A stretch of DNA of 64,000 nucleotides from an uncultured bacterium (GTDB lineage: Bacteria > Patescibacteriota > Doudnabacteria > UBA920), in contig CAVVMJ010000003.1 in assembly GCA_963749445.1 (NCBI GenBank), forward strand, positions 128,715 to 192,714. The letters are read 5' to 3'. The notes under the pieces are model-generated. The model was not told where the DNA came from. It saw only the letters and a program-made list of their open reading frames with translations, and did not search any database. Positions 19,332 through 29,294 of this stretch are shown here, piece by piece. Numbering within the stretch: position 1 is the stretch's first letter; the number at the start of each line of letters is the position of its first letter. Both the position numbers and the translations under genes were made by a program.

Positions 19332-20471
19332 CTATTGCTGCTGAACGGCGTTCGTCACCGGCGGGTACAGAGCCGCATCCGCCATATTAGGCGCGAACTC
19401 GCGCGGCAAAAACGTATATGCCGCGTTGGGTTGGGTAAAATCGAATGCCCACAGTTCGTTGCCACCTTCGTGATACGCGTCCCCTTGGGCATAAATCGAA
19501 ATATATGCCACGCCCTTGGAGACGAAGAAGGTATGTGGACCAAACTGCACGCCATTCAACATCCCACCTGTAAGCAACGGCACAGCGTTGACAAACGGCC
19601 CTTGCGGCCCAAGTGCCTGCTGTAGCTGGATGATCTGACCGGGAAAGGATGGTCCTGTGGAAACCGAGGGTAAACAGGGATCCGAGCAGGTCTGATTGTT
19701 GCCGCCCTGCACCACCGCGAGCAACACATAGACCTGATTCTTTTGGTCGTTTGTTGCTAACCCCACGGCGTTGCTAGTGGGCACGTGATAGTAAATCTGA
19801 GCCTGGCGACTGTTGGACTTGAGCAAAACCACATCCTGATTCACGATGTCGAGCGTGTACAGGTCGCCATTATTCAGATATATACCACTTGCGATGCCGT
19901 AACCGACAGAGCGCAAACCAGAACCACTTTGGGCATTAACCTGGTTCGTGTCCACAAACTGCTGGAGTACAAACGGGTTATTGATGCGCCCGAGGGTGAC
20001 AGAGTTGGAAGCCTGGGCTATCAAGGCATCAGCGAGACCAACCGTGGGATACTGATCGATGCTGCTGGCAAATCCCTGGCCGTTATCCTGAATGCGACTC
20101 AGGCCTTTGGAACTGAGGGCGAAAATCGTGCCCCCCAAGGCAATGCCGCACTTTTGGAAGTCCTGGCCCGGCAAATCGGTTACTATAGTCATGGAGTCAA
20201 CGCGCGTTTTCTGGCGCGCACCCCACACTGCCCGTAGCACGCCATCGTAACCGCACACTAAAACCACATCGCGGTCCGTGGGCAAGGTGAATGACTGAAC
20301 CAGCGGGGTGGCGACTTCGGCCTGTCTGCGAGCAGCATGCATTTTGTGCTCCGCCGGGTGCGAAGTCCAGACTCCGGCGTTGCGATTCCAGACTTCCATA
20401 CGGTCCTGGGCGAGAGCGCCAACGCATAGCAGCGCCAACGCAAGAACTACTGTCAAAGATCTTTTCGTCAT
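19332..20471 (-). CDS. Secreted hypothetical protein, possibly beta-propeller
   Basis: Likely start MTKRSLTVVLALALLCVGALA (signal peptide) with GGAG upstream; beta-rich segments such as GDLYTLD and NQVYVL. Confidence 0.6.
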   Translation of the reverse strand: MTKRSLTVVLALALLCVGALAQDRMEVWNRNAGVWTSHPAEHKMHAARRQAEVATPLVQSFTLPTDRDVVLVCGYDGVLRAVWGARQKTRVDSMTIVTDLPGQDFQKCGIALGGTIFALSSKGLSRIQDNGQGFASSIDQYPTVGLADALIAQASNSVTLGRINNPFVLQQFVDTNQVNAQSGSGLRSVGYGIASGIYLNNGDLYTLDIVNQDVVLLKSNSRQAQIYYHVPTSNAVGLATNDQKNQVYVLLAVVQGGNNQTCSDPCLPSVSTGPSFPGQIIQLQQALGPQGPFVNAVPLLTGGMLNGVQFGPHTFFVSKGVAYISIYAQGDAYHEGGNELWAFDFTQPNAAYTFLPREFAPNMADAALYPPVTNAVQQQ

Positions 20472-20747
20472 TGTTGAAACACTCCGTTTTGTCAAATTTG
20501 GTTGTCTCCCACCACTGGGTCTGGGGCAACTAGCTATATTGCCCCCGAAAAAATAAATGTCTACGGCTGGATCCAGGATATTTTTTGCGGCCCTCAATAA
20601 TCATCGGCACAAAAAATTCCGGGATGGACAGCATTAAGACATCCACTTTTCCGGGGACAAACTTCTTTTCTTCTCTTCTAAAATCCTCCTAAAACTTATA
20701 AAAGTACTAAAAATCGCATAACCCACAATTTGGGACTATGACGTATA

Positions 20748-20776
20748 ATTATACACCAAATTGCTTATTTTGTCAA
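20748..20776 (-). promoter_or_regulatory. Perfect consensus sigma70 promoter
   Basis: TTGACA-17 bp-TATAAT on the minus strand, about 270 nt upstream of the 20471 start. Confidence 0.8.
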
Positions 20777-20997
20777 GAATATTATGCTCTTGAATTAGCC
20801 TAAATTAAATAAAACCCGCTTATTCAGCGAGTCTTAATCTTTAAATCTTTCAATTTTCAATCTTTCAATCCCCGATAGACATAAGGAAAGCAGGCGACAC
20901 TGGAGTGAACGCCTGCCTATGCCTCCAAATATTGATGTTACCGGTCGGAGTCCGGCCAGCCTCCCGCTCGCGCAAAAGCAGGGGCTGTAGGGAAAAC

Positions 20998-22510
20998 CTA
21001 AGACTTCTTGCGGAATAGCCAGTGAACGGTAATACTACCGTTCTTCGTCCATGAAAACCGCAAATGTTTGGACCCGCGGCTCACCTCGCACCCCTCTGGA
21101 CTGAACGACGGCGCTTGATAGTACTTATGCGTATGGAGTGACGGGCGGTCCCATCCCTCTTCCGCCAAAATCCGCACATGGAGTATGACTAAGCGCCGTT
21201 CCTCGGAACCCAAATCATCAAGCGCCTCAAAAAAATGAGGGCTGTACTCGACAGAGCCGTCATCGTTCTGCCATCTATAACTGTCCGGCAGGGTAAGAGG
21301 CTCATCAGCTCCAAGGGAGGCAATATTATCACCATGTTGCCCGACGAAATCATCAAGGTTAGCGCTATTCGTTTCTTCCTCGTCGGTCAGCTGTGCCAGT
21401 TGTAAAGCCTTGTGCATCAGCCGCAGCGCTGTCTTGAAGTCCCCTGATTTTTTCGCGGCTTCTGCCGAAGCGCGCAAGGTTACTGCTTCCGGATCTAAAG
21501 CAAATCCTTGTTCGCGTGCCGCAAGCTGAAGCCTTAAATATTCCTGCTCACGCCAAACCAAACGTTCTTCCGCGCTTGGCTTTGCATAAGCACCGGTTAC
21601 AGGACAAACCTTTGACTCGACTGTAACACGAGCTACACGACACTTGACTCGAAGCCGATAAAGCCTGCGCTTGGAGTCCAACAATTTCTGCGTGGCTTCC
21701 TCGGCCAGCGCGGGGAGCGAGCCCAACGCGAAGCGAAGGAAAGAAAGGCATAAGCGCGTCTGTTTCCGCCGATCGTTCCAATTCCCCTGCGAATGCTTGG
21801 AACAGAACGAACCGGAAGAACCTAAAGTACAGTTGACGAAGAACGACAAAAACAGCTATTAGAAAACCCATACTTATCATCGCAACCATACTTGAATATC
21901 TAACAGCACTTTCGTCGCGGGAATGATTGGATTCTAATGCGGCACGTTTAGCCTGAAAAGCCTGCTCCGAAGCTGTGTGCATAGTCTCGATTAAGGCTTG
22001 AATTTGAGACTGTGACACATCCAGACCCTTAAGCTGCCACTGTCCCGGAGGCATTCCGCCAAAACTCAATTTAAGTTCATCCAATGCCCTCTGGTTACCA
22101 TCATAGGTTCCGTCCGTGTTCGCCGGAAAATCCAACATCGCCATAATTGAACGAGGGCGGGATCCGGTTCCACACATACCTTCAAACACCTGTGTGGAAG
22201 ATGTACGCCCAACGATGGTATCGGTTTCCTGACACAAAAAAACCTTAACGGTCTTCCGGTCAGGTTCAAGCGCCAACGTTCCGTAAAGCTTTGGAAACGC
22301 CGGTAGGCTCAAATTCTCCAACACCGCCAATCGAATAACCGGCTTGGGGCGGGGAACAGGCCGGGTGGCGAGCAACTGGCTCATCCAGCTATTGTAGCTG
22401 GACAGAGACTTGCTCGCCCCGGCCAACCACACTGTCGAAACGACAAGCACTACCGCAAAAAAACATAGCAGCAGCGCGCAAGCATTGCGCCATCTTCTTA
22501 TCTTTTCCAT
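20998..22510 (-). CDS. Membrane protein (2 TM) probably continuous with a C-terminal RelE/ParE-like domain; apparent frameshift near 21740
   Basis: Overlapping ORFs 21548-22510 (GGAGG SD, two TM helices) and 20998-21849 (YSPHFFEALDDL..RPSLHTHK..SRGSKHLRFSW). Confidence 0.45.
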
Positions 22511-22732
22511 CTCGTCCTCCGACGAATTTTAGATAAAAACCATCTCTTTCGAGACATACTATTATGCCTGAATTTAGTGCATTTGTAAAGACCTAAAATA
22601 CAAAAGCCTGCTTATTTAGCAGGCTTCAATCTTTCCCTCCTCCGCTTCACCCTTCGCTAAAGCTATGGGTGACAAGAAAGCTTCGGAGGGCAAGCAATCT
22701 TTCAATCATTCAATTTTCAATCTTTCAATTAC

Positions 22733-24388
22733 TTAGCCTTCCCCTGCAACTCTAAACACTTCCTCCACATCCGTCATCCCGTCCAGCGCTTTTAACAAAC
22801 CATCCTGCAGCATAGTAATCATCCCCTGCTTAATTCCCTCTGCCCTAAACTCCGACATTGGCGCTTCCTTCATTACCAGCTGCTGGATGGCGTCGGTGAC
22901 TTCCAAAATTTCATAAATGCCCACGCGGCCGAGGTAACCGAGATTGTGGCATTTATCGCAGCCCGGGCTGTGGTAAAATTGCAGCTCCTTCGGCAGGCTG
23001 ATGCCCGAAGTTTTGGGGATTTGTTTTAAAACGTACATGATTTTTTCCAAAACCGTGGGTGACAACGCGGTCTTGATTTTGCAACTCTGACAAATCCGAC
23101 GAACCAATCTTTGCGCCAGCACGGCCGAAAGCGCCGGGCCGATAATAAAAGGTTTGACGCCCATATTAATCAGGCGCGGAATGGCCCCGGCCGCATCGTT
23201 AGTGTGCAAAGTGGACAGCACCAAGTGCCCGGTCAGCGCGGCCTGGAGCGCCACCTCGGCGGTTTCCTGGTCGCGGATTTCGCCGACCATCACCACGTCC
23301 GGATCCTGCCTTAAAATCGCCCGCAGGCCTTTGGCAAAATCAAAATCCGCGGTGTGGTCAATGGGCGTTTGCACAATCCCTTCCAATTTATATTCCACCG
23401 GGTCTTCCAAAGTGATAATTTTGACGCCCGGCTGGTTAAGCTCGTTCAAAAACGCGTACAGCGACGTGGTCTTGCCGCTGCCCGTGGGGCCGGTGGTAAT
23501 TATCGCGCCGTTGGGCTTGTTTAAAATGCGGTGCAAAATATCCTGGTGCTGCGGCCGGAAACCCAAATCCGTCAAATGTAAATTTATAGCGCCGGTGCCG
23601 AGCAGACGCATCACGATTTCTTCACCGTAAGCGCTGGGCAGGACGGAGACGCGCACGTCAATAGGTTTTTTTAGATAAGAAAAGGTGATGCGCCCGTCCT
23701 GGGGCACGTTTTCCACGTTGAGTTTAAGTTTGGACAAAATTTTAATGCGAGTGACCAAGGACCGCTGCAAATCTTTGCTGATGTGCAGCATATCCTGCAG
23801 CACCCCGTCCACGCGGAAGCGCAATTTCACAAAATGCTCCTCCGGCTCCAAATGGATGTCGCTGGCTTTATAAAACACCGCGGCGCCGAACATGGTTTCC
23901 ATCAGCTGGGTGGCGGTTTTTTTCTTTTGCTCGTCTTCTTGCCCCAGCGCCTTGATCTCGGCAATAAAATCCCTCTGTGTGTCCACCCGCACCTCTTCCT
24001 CGTGGGCGGCCTTGGGCCGCATGACCTTACTATAAAACCTTAAAGTCTGAACCAGGCTTCTTTGGGATATCAAATACAGGCTGACCTTGTCGCCCTGCTT
24101 TTTGAATTCCGTAATTTTTTCCTGCAGCATAGGATGTTCCGGGTCGGTAACGCCAATGCGCAAATCCGTCAGCTCCTTATAGAACGGCAGGGCGCCCATT
24201 TCCTTGGCTTCTTCTTCGGTAAACAAACCGAGCACGTTTAAATCCACGGGGAAATTATGCAAATCAATGTAAGGCAAACCCTTCGATCCTGCCTTGGCTT
24301 TGGCTTCCTCTTCAGCCATCTGGCGATTGACGTCATCCAGGGTAGACTGCAATTCCTTAGGCGTACTGGCTAAAAAATGCTTGCTCAT
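22733..24388 (-). CDS. pilB: GspE/PulE/PilB family assembly ATPase
   Basis: ASDIHLEP, PQDGR, GPTGSGKTT, TLEDPVEY, LRQDPD, HTNDA, CxxC...CxxC. Confidence 0.85.
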   Translation of the reverse strand: MSKHFLASTPKELQSTLDDVNRQMAEEEAKAKAGSKGLPYIDLHNFPVDLNVLGLFTEEEAKEMGALPFYKELTDLRIGVTDPEHPMLQEKITEFKKQGDKVSLYLISQRSLVQTLRFYSKVMRPKAAHEEEVRVDTQRDFIAEIKALGQEDEQKKKTATQLMETMFGAAVFYKASDIHLEPEEHFVKLRFRVDGVLQDMLHISKDLQRSLVTRIKILSKLKLNVENVPQDGRITFSYLKKPIDVRVSVLPSAYGEEIVMRLLGTGAINLHLTDLGFRPQHQDILHRILNKPNGAIITTGPTGSGKTTSLYAFLNELNQPGVKIITLEDPVEYKLEGIVQTPIDHTADFDFAKGLRAILRQDPDVVMVGEIRDQETAEVALQAALTGHLVLSTLHTNDAAGAIPRLINMGVKPFIIGPALSAVLAQRLVRRICQSCKIKTALSPTVLEKIMYVLKQIPKTSGISLPKELQFYHSPGCDKCHNLGYLGRVGIYEILEVTDAIQQLVMKEAPMSEFRAEGIKQGMITMLQDGLLKALDGMTDVEEVFRVAGEG

Positions 24389-24447
24389 TTTTGTTTCTAA
24401 AAATTCTTAAAACCTTCAGGCTTTTATTATATCACTTTCCCCAAAAC

Positions 24448-25614
24448 TCAGACAGCCGACAAGGTGCCTTGCAGCGGATTTAAGCTGCCGAGCATCTGCT
24501 GTTCGGCTTCGGCCAGAGTTGTTTGCGAGGATATAAAACTAAAAATTTTATACTGCGGCAGTTCCAAAATCGGCTGGGCAGGTAATTTTAAATTATCGGC
24601 CAATTGCTCCAAAGGCAAGCTCAAATGCGCAGCTAAAAGCCCGCCGATGCCGCCGGAATTAGCTTCAAACAGAATCACGGCCAGCTTATAACCCCCAATA
24701 TTTTCCAAAAGCTCTTTTAAAGCCAAAATAACTTCCGCTTCCGAGCTTTCGGATTTTTCAAAATCCGTCCGGCTGATTACCGAATAAACCAAAGACAAAT
24801 CTTCTTGTGTTTTTAAGCGAGCCAACACCCGGCCCCACAACTTAAGCAGCGGCAGCGACTTGGTTTTATAAATGTTTTTGATGATTTCCTGCTGGCGGCC
24901 GCCAAAACCCACCAGGCGCGAAGCTTTCATAAAAGACTCGGGCGTGGTAAGGGCGTGCTGAAAACTATTGGTCTTGGTAATAATGCCGGTCAGCAGCGCT
25001 GTGGCAATGTCCTCATCAAGCAGATTCTGTTCAAACCGTTCCAATAGGCCCGCCAAAATTTCCGCGACCGACGTGGCGGTCACGTCAACCAAATTTATCG
25101 CTCCGTACAAATCATTGCCGGCTTTGTGGTCAATGTTGATTTTTGGCGTTTCGTAAAACAGGTCGGCATGGTCGTGGAAAAGGTTGCCTAAAGATTCCAG
25201 GCTCGGCGCGTCCAGCGTCACAATGACGTCTACGGGAAATTTTTCACTGAAAAAACTCACGTCGGCGGGCACAAAAGCCTCATCTTTTGATTTTAAATAA
25301 ATATTGACTTTGTCTTCCGTAGTTTGATAGCTAAGTTCTTCCAGTTTTTTCTGCAATATATCCAAACTGACAACCAGGCTTTTGCCTGCGGTGATGTCGG
25401 TTTTGATGGAATCGGACGCTGGCAAAAACCGCAAATTTTCGGCCCTTGAACCGCTGCTGGCCAAGTCCACGTCTTTTTGCATTTTTTGCAAAAACAACTT
25501 CAACGCCAAACCGCTGGCCACGGCATCCGCGGTCAGGTTTTGGGGCAAAGCGATTAAAACTTTATTAGCTTTGCGCAGCCGGTCAAAAATTTGTTCTTGC
25601 GTGGATAATTCCAT
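24448..25614 (-). CDS. DHH family phosphoesterase-like protein
   Basis: DAVASGLAL, INIDHK, ATALLTGIITKTNSF; catalytic motifs degenerate. Confidence 0.75.
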   Translation of the reverse strand: MELSTQEQIFDRLRKANKVLIALPQNLTADAVASGLALKLFLQKMQKDVDLASSGSRAENLRFLPASDSIKTDITAGKSLVVSLDILQKKLEELSYQTTEDKVNIYLKSKDEAFVPADVSFFSEKFPVDVIVTLDAPSLESLGNLFHDHADLFYETPKINIDHKAGNDLYGAINLVDVTATSVAEILAGLLERFEQNLLDEDIATALLTGIITKTNSFQHALTTPESFMKASRLVGFGGRQQEIIKNIYKTKSLPLLKLWGRVLARLKTQEDLSLVYSVISRTDFEKSESSEAEVILALKELLENIGGYKLAVILFEANSGGIGGLLAAHLSLPLEQLADNLKLPAQPILELPQYKIFSFISSQTTLAEAEQQMLGSLNPLQGTLSAV

Positions 25615-25698
25615 AAACGTCTCTACTAAATACGAGAGAGTCTAAAAGTACTAAACTTTAATGTCCAGCTTTAGTATTTTTAGGAAGTTTAGTATTTA

Positions 25699-25872
25699 TA
25701 GGACTTACGCGCTTGGCCGAGTACGAGGCATTTTCCGAGGATTTTTGGAGGCGTAGTCCATCTACGACGACAAAAACCAAAGGAAAATAACGAAGTAATC
25801 GGCCAAGCCCCTGTGGTTTGAGGCAACAGTACATAGATTTTTATCCTTTTTGCCTCAAACGCGTAAGTCCTA
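25699..25872. mobile_element. MITE with TAGGACTTACGCG terminal inverted repeats and TA ends
   Basis: taggacttacgcg...cgcgtaagtccta; internal stems gcttggccga/tcggccaagc and gtttgaggcaa/ttgcctcaaac. Confidence 0.75.
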
Positions 25873-25948
25873 ATTTAGTAGAAAATCAGTCCGATTGATC
25901 AGTATACCCGATTTTACGGCACTGGTCAATAAATGGTAAAATCCCTTT

Positions 25949-26353
25949 ATGGATCGTATCCAACACATCAAGCTTACCAATATAAAACCGACGGCTGACA
26001 AAATCACAAAACAGCTTAAAGGCGGGGAAGTTTTGGCGCTTATAGGCCCGCTCGGCAGCGGTAAAACCGCCTTTGCTAAGGCCTTGGGCAAACAGCTTAA
26101 AATCCGACACAAAATAACCAGCCCGACGTTTACCTTAATGCATGTTTTTGCCGGACGATTGAAAAAAAATAAGCCGGTTGTGATGTACCATTTGGATCTC
26201 TACCGCACCAAAAATTATGCCGAGGTCAAAGCTTTAGGCATTACCAAACTCTGGGGCAAACCGCAAACCATTACCCTGATTGAATGGGCGGATAAAATTA
26301 AAAAACACTTACCCAAAAAAACCATTTATTTATATTTTTCTCACGAGCATTGA
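25949..26353 (+). CDS. tsaE: tRNA t6A biosynthesis ATPase TsaE
   Basis: GPLGSGKT, ITSPTF, HLDLYR, LIEWAD. Confidence 0.95.
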   Translation: MDRIQHIKLTNIKPTADKITKQLKGGEVLALIGPLGSGKTAFAKALGKQLKIRHKITSPTFTLMHVFAGRLKKNKPVVMYHLDLYRTKNYAEVKALGITKLWGKPQTITLIEWADKIKKHLPKKTIYLYFSHEH

Positions 26354-26450
26354 TGGGCATCTTCAAGCAGCTATTAAAGATCGATCAATATTTATTATTC
26401 GACGAATCAACCGCCACTAACTAAACCATATTCTCGAAGATGCCCATCAA
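26350..26450. mobile_element. MITE-like element, TIR TTGATGGGCATCTTC
   Basis: Perfect 15-bp TIR; overlaps the tsaE TGA stop; related to 1859-1957. Confidence 0.7.
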
Positions 26451-26461
26451 CAGATAAATTC

Positions 26462-27694
26462 ATGAAAAAAACACCACTCATATTTTTTATACTCGCGCTC
26501 ATCGCGCTATCACAAAACGCGCAAGCCCAAACTCCTCCTCGAGGATTTGTTTATGATGGCAAAGAAATTACGCTGGCCGATAGCGACAAAATTTTTACCG
26601 TCAGCGCCCAAACTGTGGCGGGTTGGCAAGGACTAAGCCGGCGGCCAATAGCATCGCCTTTGGAACAAGCGCCGCCGGATTTAAAACAACAGTTGTCCAA
26701 TTCTTTTGGCCTGCCGTACAGCGCGCAAAACTCGGCTGTCATCACCTATCATTACGGTTTAGAAAAAATTTATAACTATTTACAAAGTTCGATAGCGACC
26801 GGCACGGACCAAAGCCTGATTGAGCCAAAATTAACCATCCAAAATAACCGCGCCACGGATTTTGCGGCCCCGCAAAACGGCCGGCGTTTGGATGTTTACC
26901 AAAGCACTTTGGATATTGCGGCAGCTTTGGAACAGCATAAAAATACAGCCGCCTTAACAGTTAATGAAACATTTCCCACCAAAACTTTGGCGCGGACTAA
27001 CAACCTGGGAATTAACGAATTGGTAGCTGAAGGGGTGTCCAATTTTAAGGGCAGTCCCAACAACCGCCGCCACAACATTGCCACCGGCATTGAAAAATTC
27101 AAAGGTTTGATAATTCCCCAAGGCGCGACTTTTAGTTTTGACGACGCTCTTGGCCCGGTCACGGCCGAGGCGGGATTTTTGCCCGAACTGGTAATCAAAG
27201 GCAGCGAGGGCACGATTCCCGAGTTAGGCGGCGGGCTGTGCCAGGTTTCCACCACCACTTTCCGAGCCGCGATGGACGGCGGCCTGCCGATTACGGATCG
27301 GCGCAACCACGCTTACGCCGTGCAGTACTATTCGCCGCAGGGCACGGACGCCACCATTTACCCTGGCTCCGCGGATTTAAAATTCATCAACGACACGCCG
27401 GGCGCAATTATGATTTGGCCGTATGAAAAAGACAACAACACTTTGGTATTTGATTTTTACGGCACCAAGGACGGCCGCCAAGTCACTTTGGACAAACCTG
27501 TAGTTTACGACCGCCAAACTGACGGCTCCATGAAAGCCACCTGGACACGGCATGTGATGAATAACGGCACAACCACTACCGTCACCTTTAAATCCGTCTA
27601 CCAATCCCCGGCCCTATTCCACAAAACCGAAACCTTTGTTTCCGCCACCGGCACCCAAACCAGCGGCTTGACACCGCCTGCGAAAGTTCAATAA
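26462..27694 (+). CDS. VanW family protein (exported)
   Basis: Signal peptide; NRRHNI, GGGLCQVSTT, RNHAY, GTDATIY, DLKFINDT. Confidence 0.9.
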   Translation: MKKTPLIFFILALIALSQNAQAQTPPRGFVYDGKEITLADSDKIFTVSAQTVAGWQGLSRRPIASPLEQAPPDLKQQLSNSFGLPYSAQNSAVITYHYGLEKIYNYLQSSIATGTDQSLIEPKLTIQNNRATDFAAPQNGRRLDVYQSTLDIAAALEQHKNTAALTVNETFPTKTLARTNNLGINELVAEGVSNFKGSPNNRRHNIATGIEKFKGLIIPQGATFSFDDALGPVTAEAGFLPELVIKGSEGTIPELGGGLCQVSTTTFRAAMDGGLPITDRRNHAYAVQYYSPQGTDATIYPGSADLKFINDTPGAIMIWPYEKDNNTLVFDFYGTKDGRQVTLDKPVVYDRQTDGSMKATWTRHVMNNGTTTTVTFKSVYQSPALFHKTETFVSATGTQTSGLTPPAKVQ

Positions 27695-27802
27695 ACACCA
27701 CAAATATAGTAGAATACCTATGTGATACCGATATACGGATTCCGAACTGTCAATATTATCAGTATCATCCGCATTAATCAGCATATCAGTGCCTGATAAT
27801 TT

Positions 27803-28855
27803 ATGATCACTTCCAACAAAGACAAAACTGATATTTCCCCTCTGGATGCCGCTCTAGCGGAAGAAGAGGACAAAGGACTGGACCAGAATTTACGGCCGGC
27901 GGTTTTGGAGGACTATGTCGGGCAGGAATCGGTTAAGGAAAATTTGCGGGTGATAACGGGCGCGGCCAAACAGCGCGGCGAAATTTTGGAGCATCTGCTG
28001 TTTTACGGGCCGCCGGGTTTGGGCAAAACCACTCTGGCTTTTATTGTCGCGCGGCAAATGGGCGTCAACATCCGCGTCACCTCGGGTCCAGCCATTGAGC
28101 GCGCCGGCGATTTGGCTAGCCTTTTGACCAACCTAAACCAGGGCGATGTTTTGTTTATCGATGAAATTCATCGGTTAAACAAGGTCGTGGAAGAAGTTTT
28201 ATATCCGGCCATGGAAGATTTTGCCCTGGACATAATTTTGGGCAAAGGCCCGGGCGCGCGCTCCATTAGGATGGACCTTCCCAAATTCACGCTGATAGGC
28301 GCCACAACCCGCATTGGCTTGATATCCAGCCCCCTGCGCGACCGTTTTGGCGCCACTTTTCGCCTGGAGTATTACACGCCCGAGGAATTGGAAAAAATCA
28401 TTGCCCGCTCGGCTAAAATCTTAAAAGCCAACATCAACAAAGAAGCCGCAGCCGTTTTAGGCCGGCGGGCGCGATTTACTCCCCGCATCGCCAACCGGAT
28501 TTTAAAGCGCGTGCGCGATTTTGCGCAGGTTAACGGCCATGCTACAATAAACAAAGACGTGGTGGCTAAAGCTTTACAGTTACTGGAAATTGACGAACTG
28601 GGACTGGACAAAAATGATCGGCGGATTTTGGAAGCTTTGATTACCAAATTTGGCGGCAAACCGGTGGGGCTAAGCACACTGGCCGCGGCCACCGGGGAAG
28701 AAGAAGACACTATTACCGACGTGCATGAGCCATTTTTAATCCGCCTGGGACTGCTGTCCAAAACTCCCAAAGGCCGGCAGGCGACCGAAACAGCATATGC
28801 ACACTTGGGAATAAACCTCCCGATGAGCCAGCAAAAAACCCTACTTCAGTTATAA
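27803..28855 (+). CDS. ruvB: Holliday junction branch migration helicase RuvB
   Basis: [27 protein letters not shown]. Confidence 0.97.
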   Translation: MITSNKDKTDISPLDAALAEEEDKGLDQNLRPAVLEDYVGQESVKENLRVITGAAKQRGEILEHLLFYGPPGLGKTTLAFIVARQMGVNIRVTSGPAIERAGDLASLLTNLNQGDVLFIDEIHRLNKVVEEVLYPAMEDFALDIILGKGPGARSIRMDLPKFTLIGATTRIGLISSPLRDRFGATFRLEYYTPEELEKIIARSAKILKANINKEAAAVLGRRARFTPRIANRILKRVRDFAQVNGHATINKDVVAKALQLLEIDELGLDKNDRRILEALITKFGGKPVGLSTLAAATGEEEDTITDVHEPFLIRLGLLSKTPKGRQATETAYAHLGINLPMSQQKTLLQL

Positions 28856-28960
28856 GTTGTAGGTTATAGAAGCCAGTTTGGTCATAAGTTAATAGTTATA
28901 AGGCAGCCTTACAACTTACTGCCCACGACTATACTGGTTTCCATAACTTAAAACCTCCTA
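28851..28960. repeat. ~105-bp imperfect palindrome with ~7-nt periodicity (GT-rich / CA-rich halves)
   Basis: agccagt...actggtt core; family with 29177-29290, 48581-48687, 51541-51645. Confidence 0.65.
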
Positions 28961-28963
28961 CCC

Positions 28964-29176
28964 ATGAACCTAAACGACCCCACCAACCTACTCGTAGCCG
29001 GCATCTACTATTTAGGCGCCGGAGTCTTAAGCCTGTTTTCCATTTTTGGCGTTTACCTGCTTATGCGCTACGGCAAATCCACCTTGCTCTCCTTTACCGT
29101 GAGCGTTTTTTACATTTTTATTTTTCTCTCGATCCTTGGCAGCTCCTACCAATCTTTACAAACCCTACTTCAGTAG
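28964..29176 (+). CDS. Small 2-TM membrane protein
   Basis: 70-aa hydrophobic ORF in operon orientation after ruvB. Confidence 0.7.
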   Translation: MNLNDPTNLLVAGIYYLGAGVLSLFSIFGVYLLMRYGKSTLLSFTVSVFYIFIFLSILGSSYQSLQTLLQ

Positions 29177-29290
29177 TAAGTTATAGGGTATGGCAGCCAG
29201 TACGGTTATATGTAGTTGGTTATCAGTGGCTTATAACCTACAACCTATTACGCCACCGGCCGCTACAACCAATAACCTATTACCCTACTA
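29177..29290. repeat. ~105-bp imperfect palindrome, same family
   Basis: ggcagccagt...accggccgc core with periodic flanks. Confidence 0.7.
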
Positions 29291-29294
29291 AATT

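Noticed and set aside
19332-22510. Prophage remnant
   Set aside because: No integrase, structural or phage replication genes are recognisable.
28851-29290. CRISPR array or attC cassette array
   Set aside because: The repeats are diverged palindromes without identical direct repeats and unique spacers; no cas or integrase gene is present, and the enclosed genes look like core genes.
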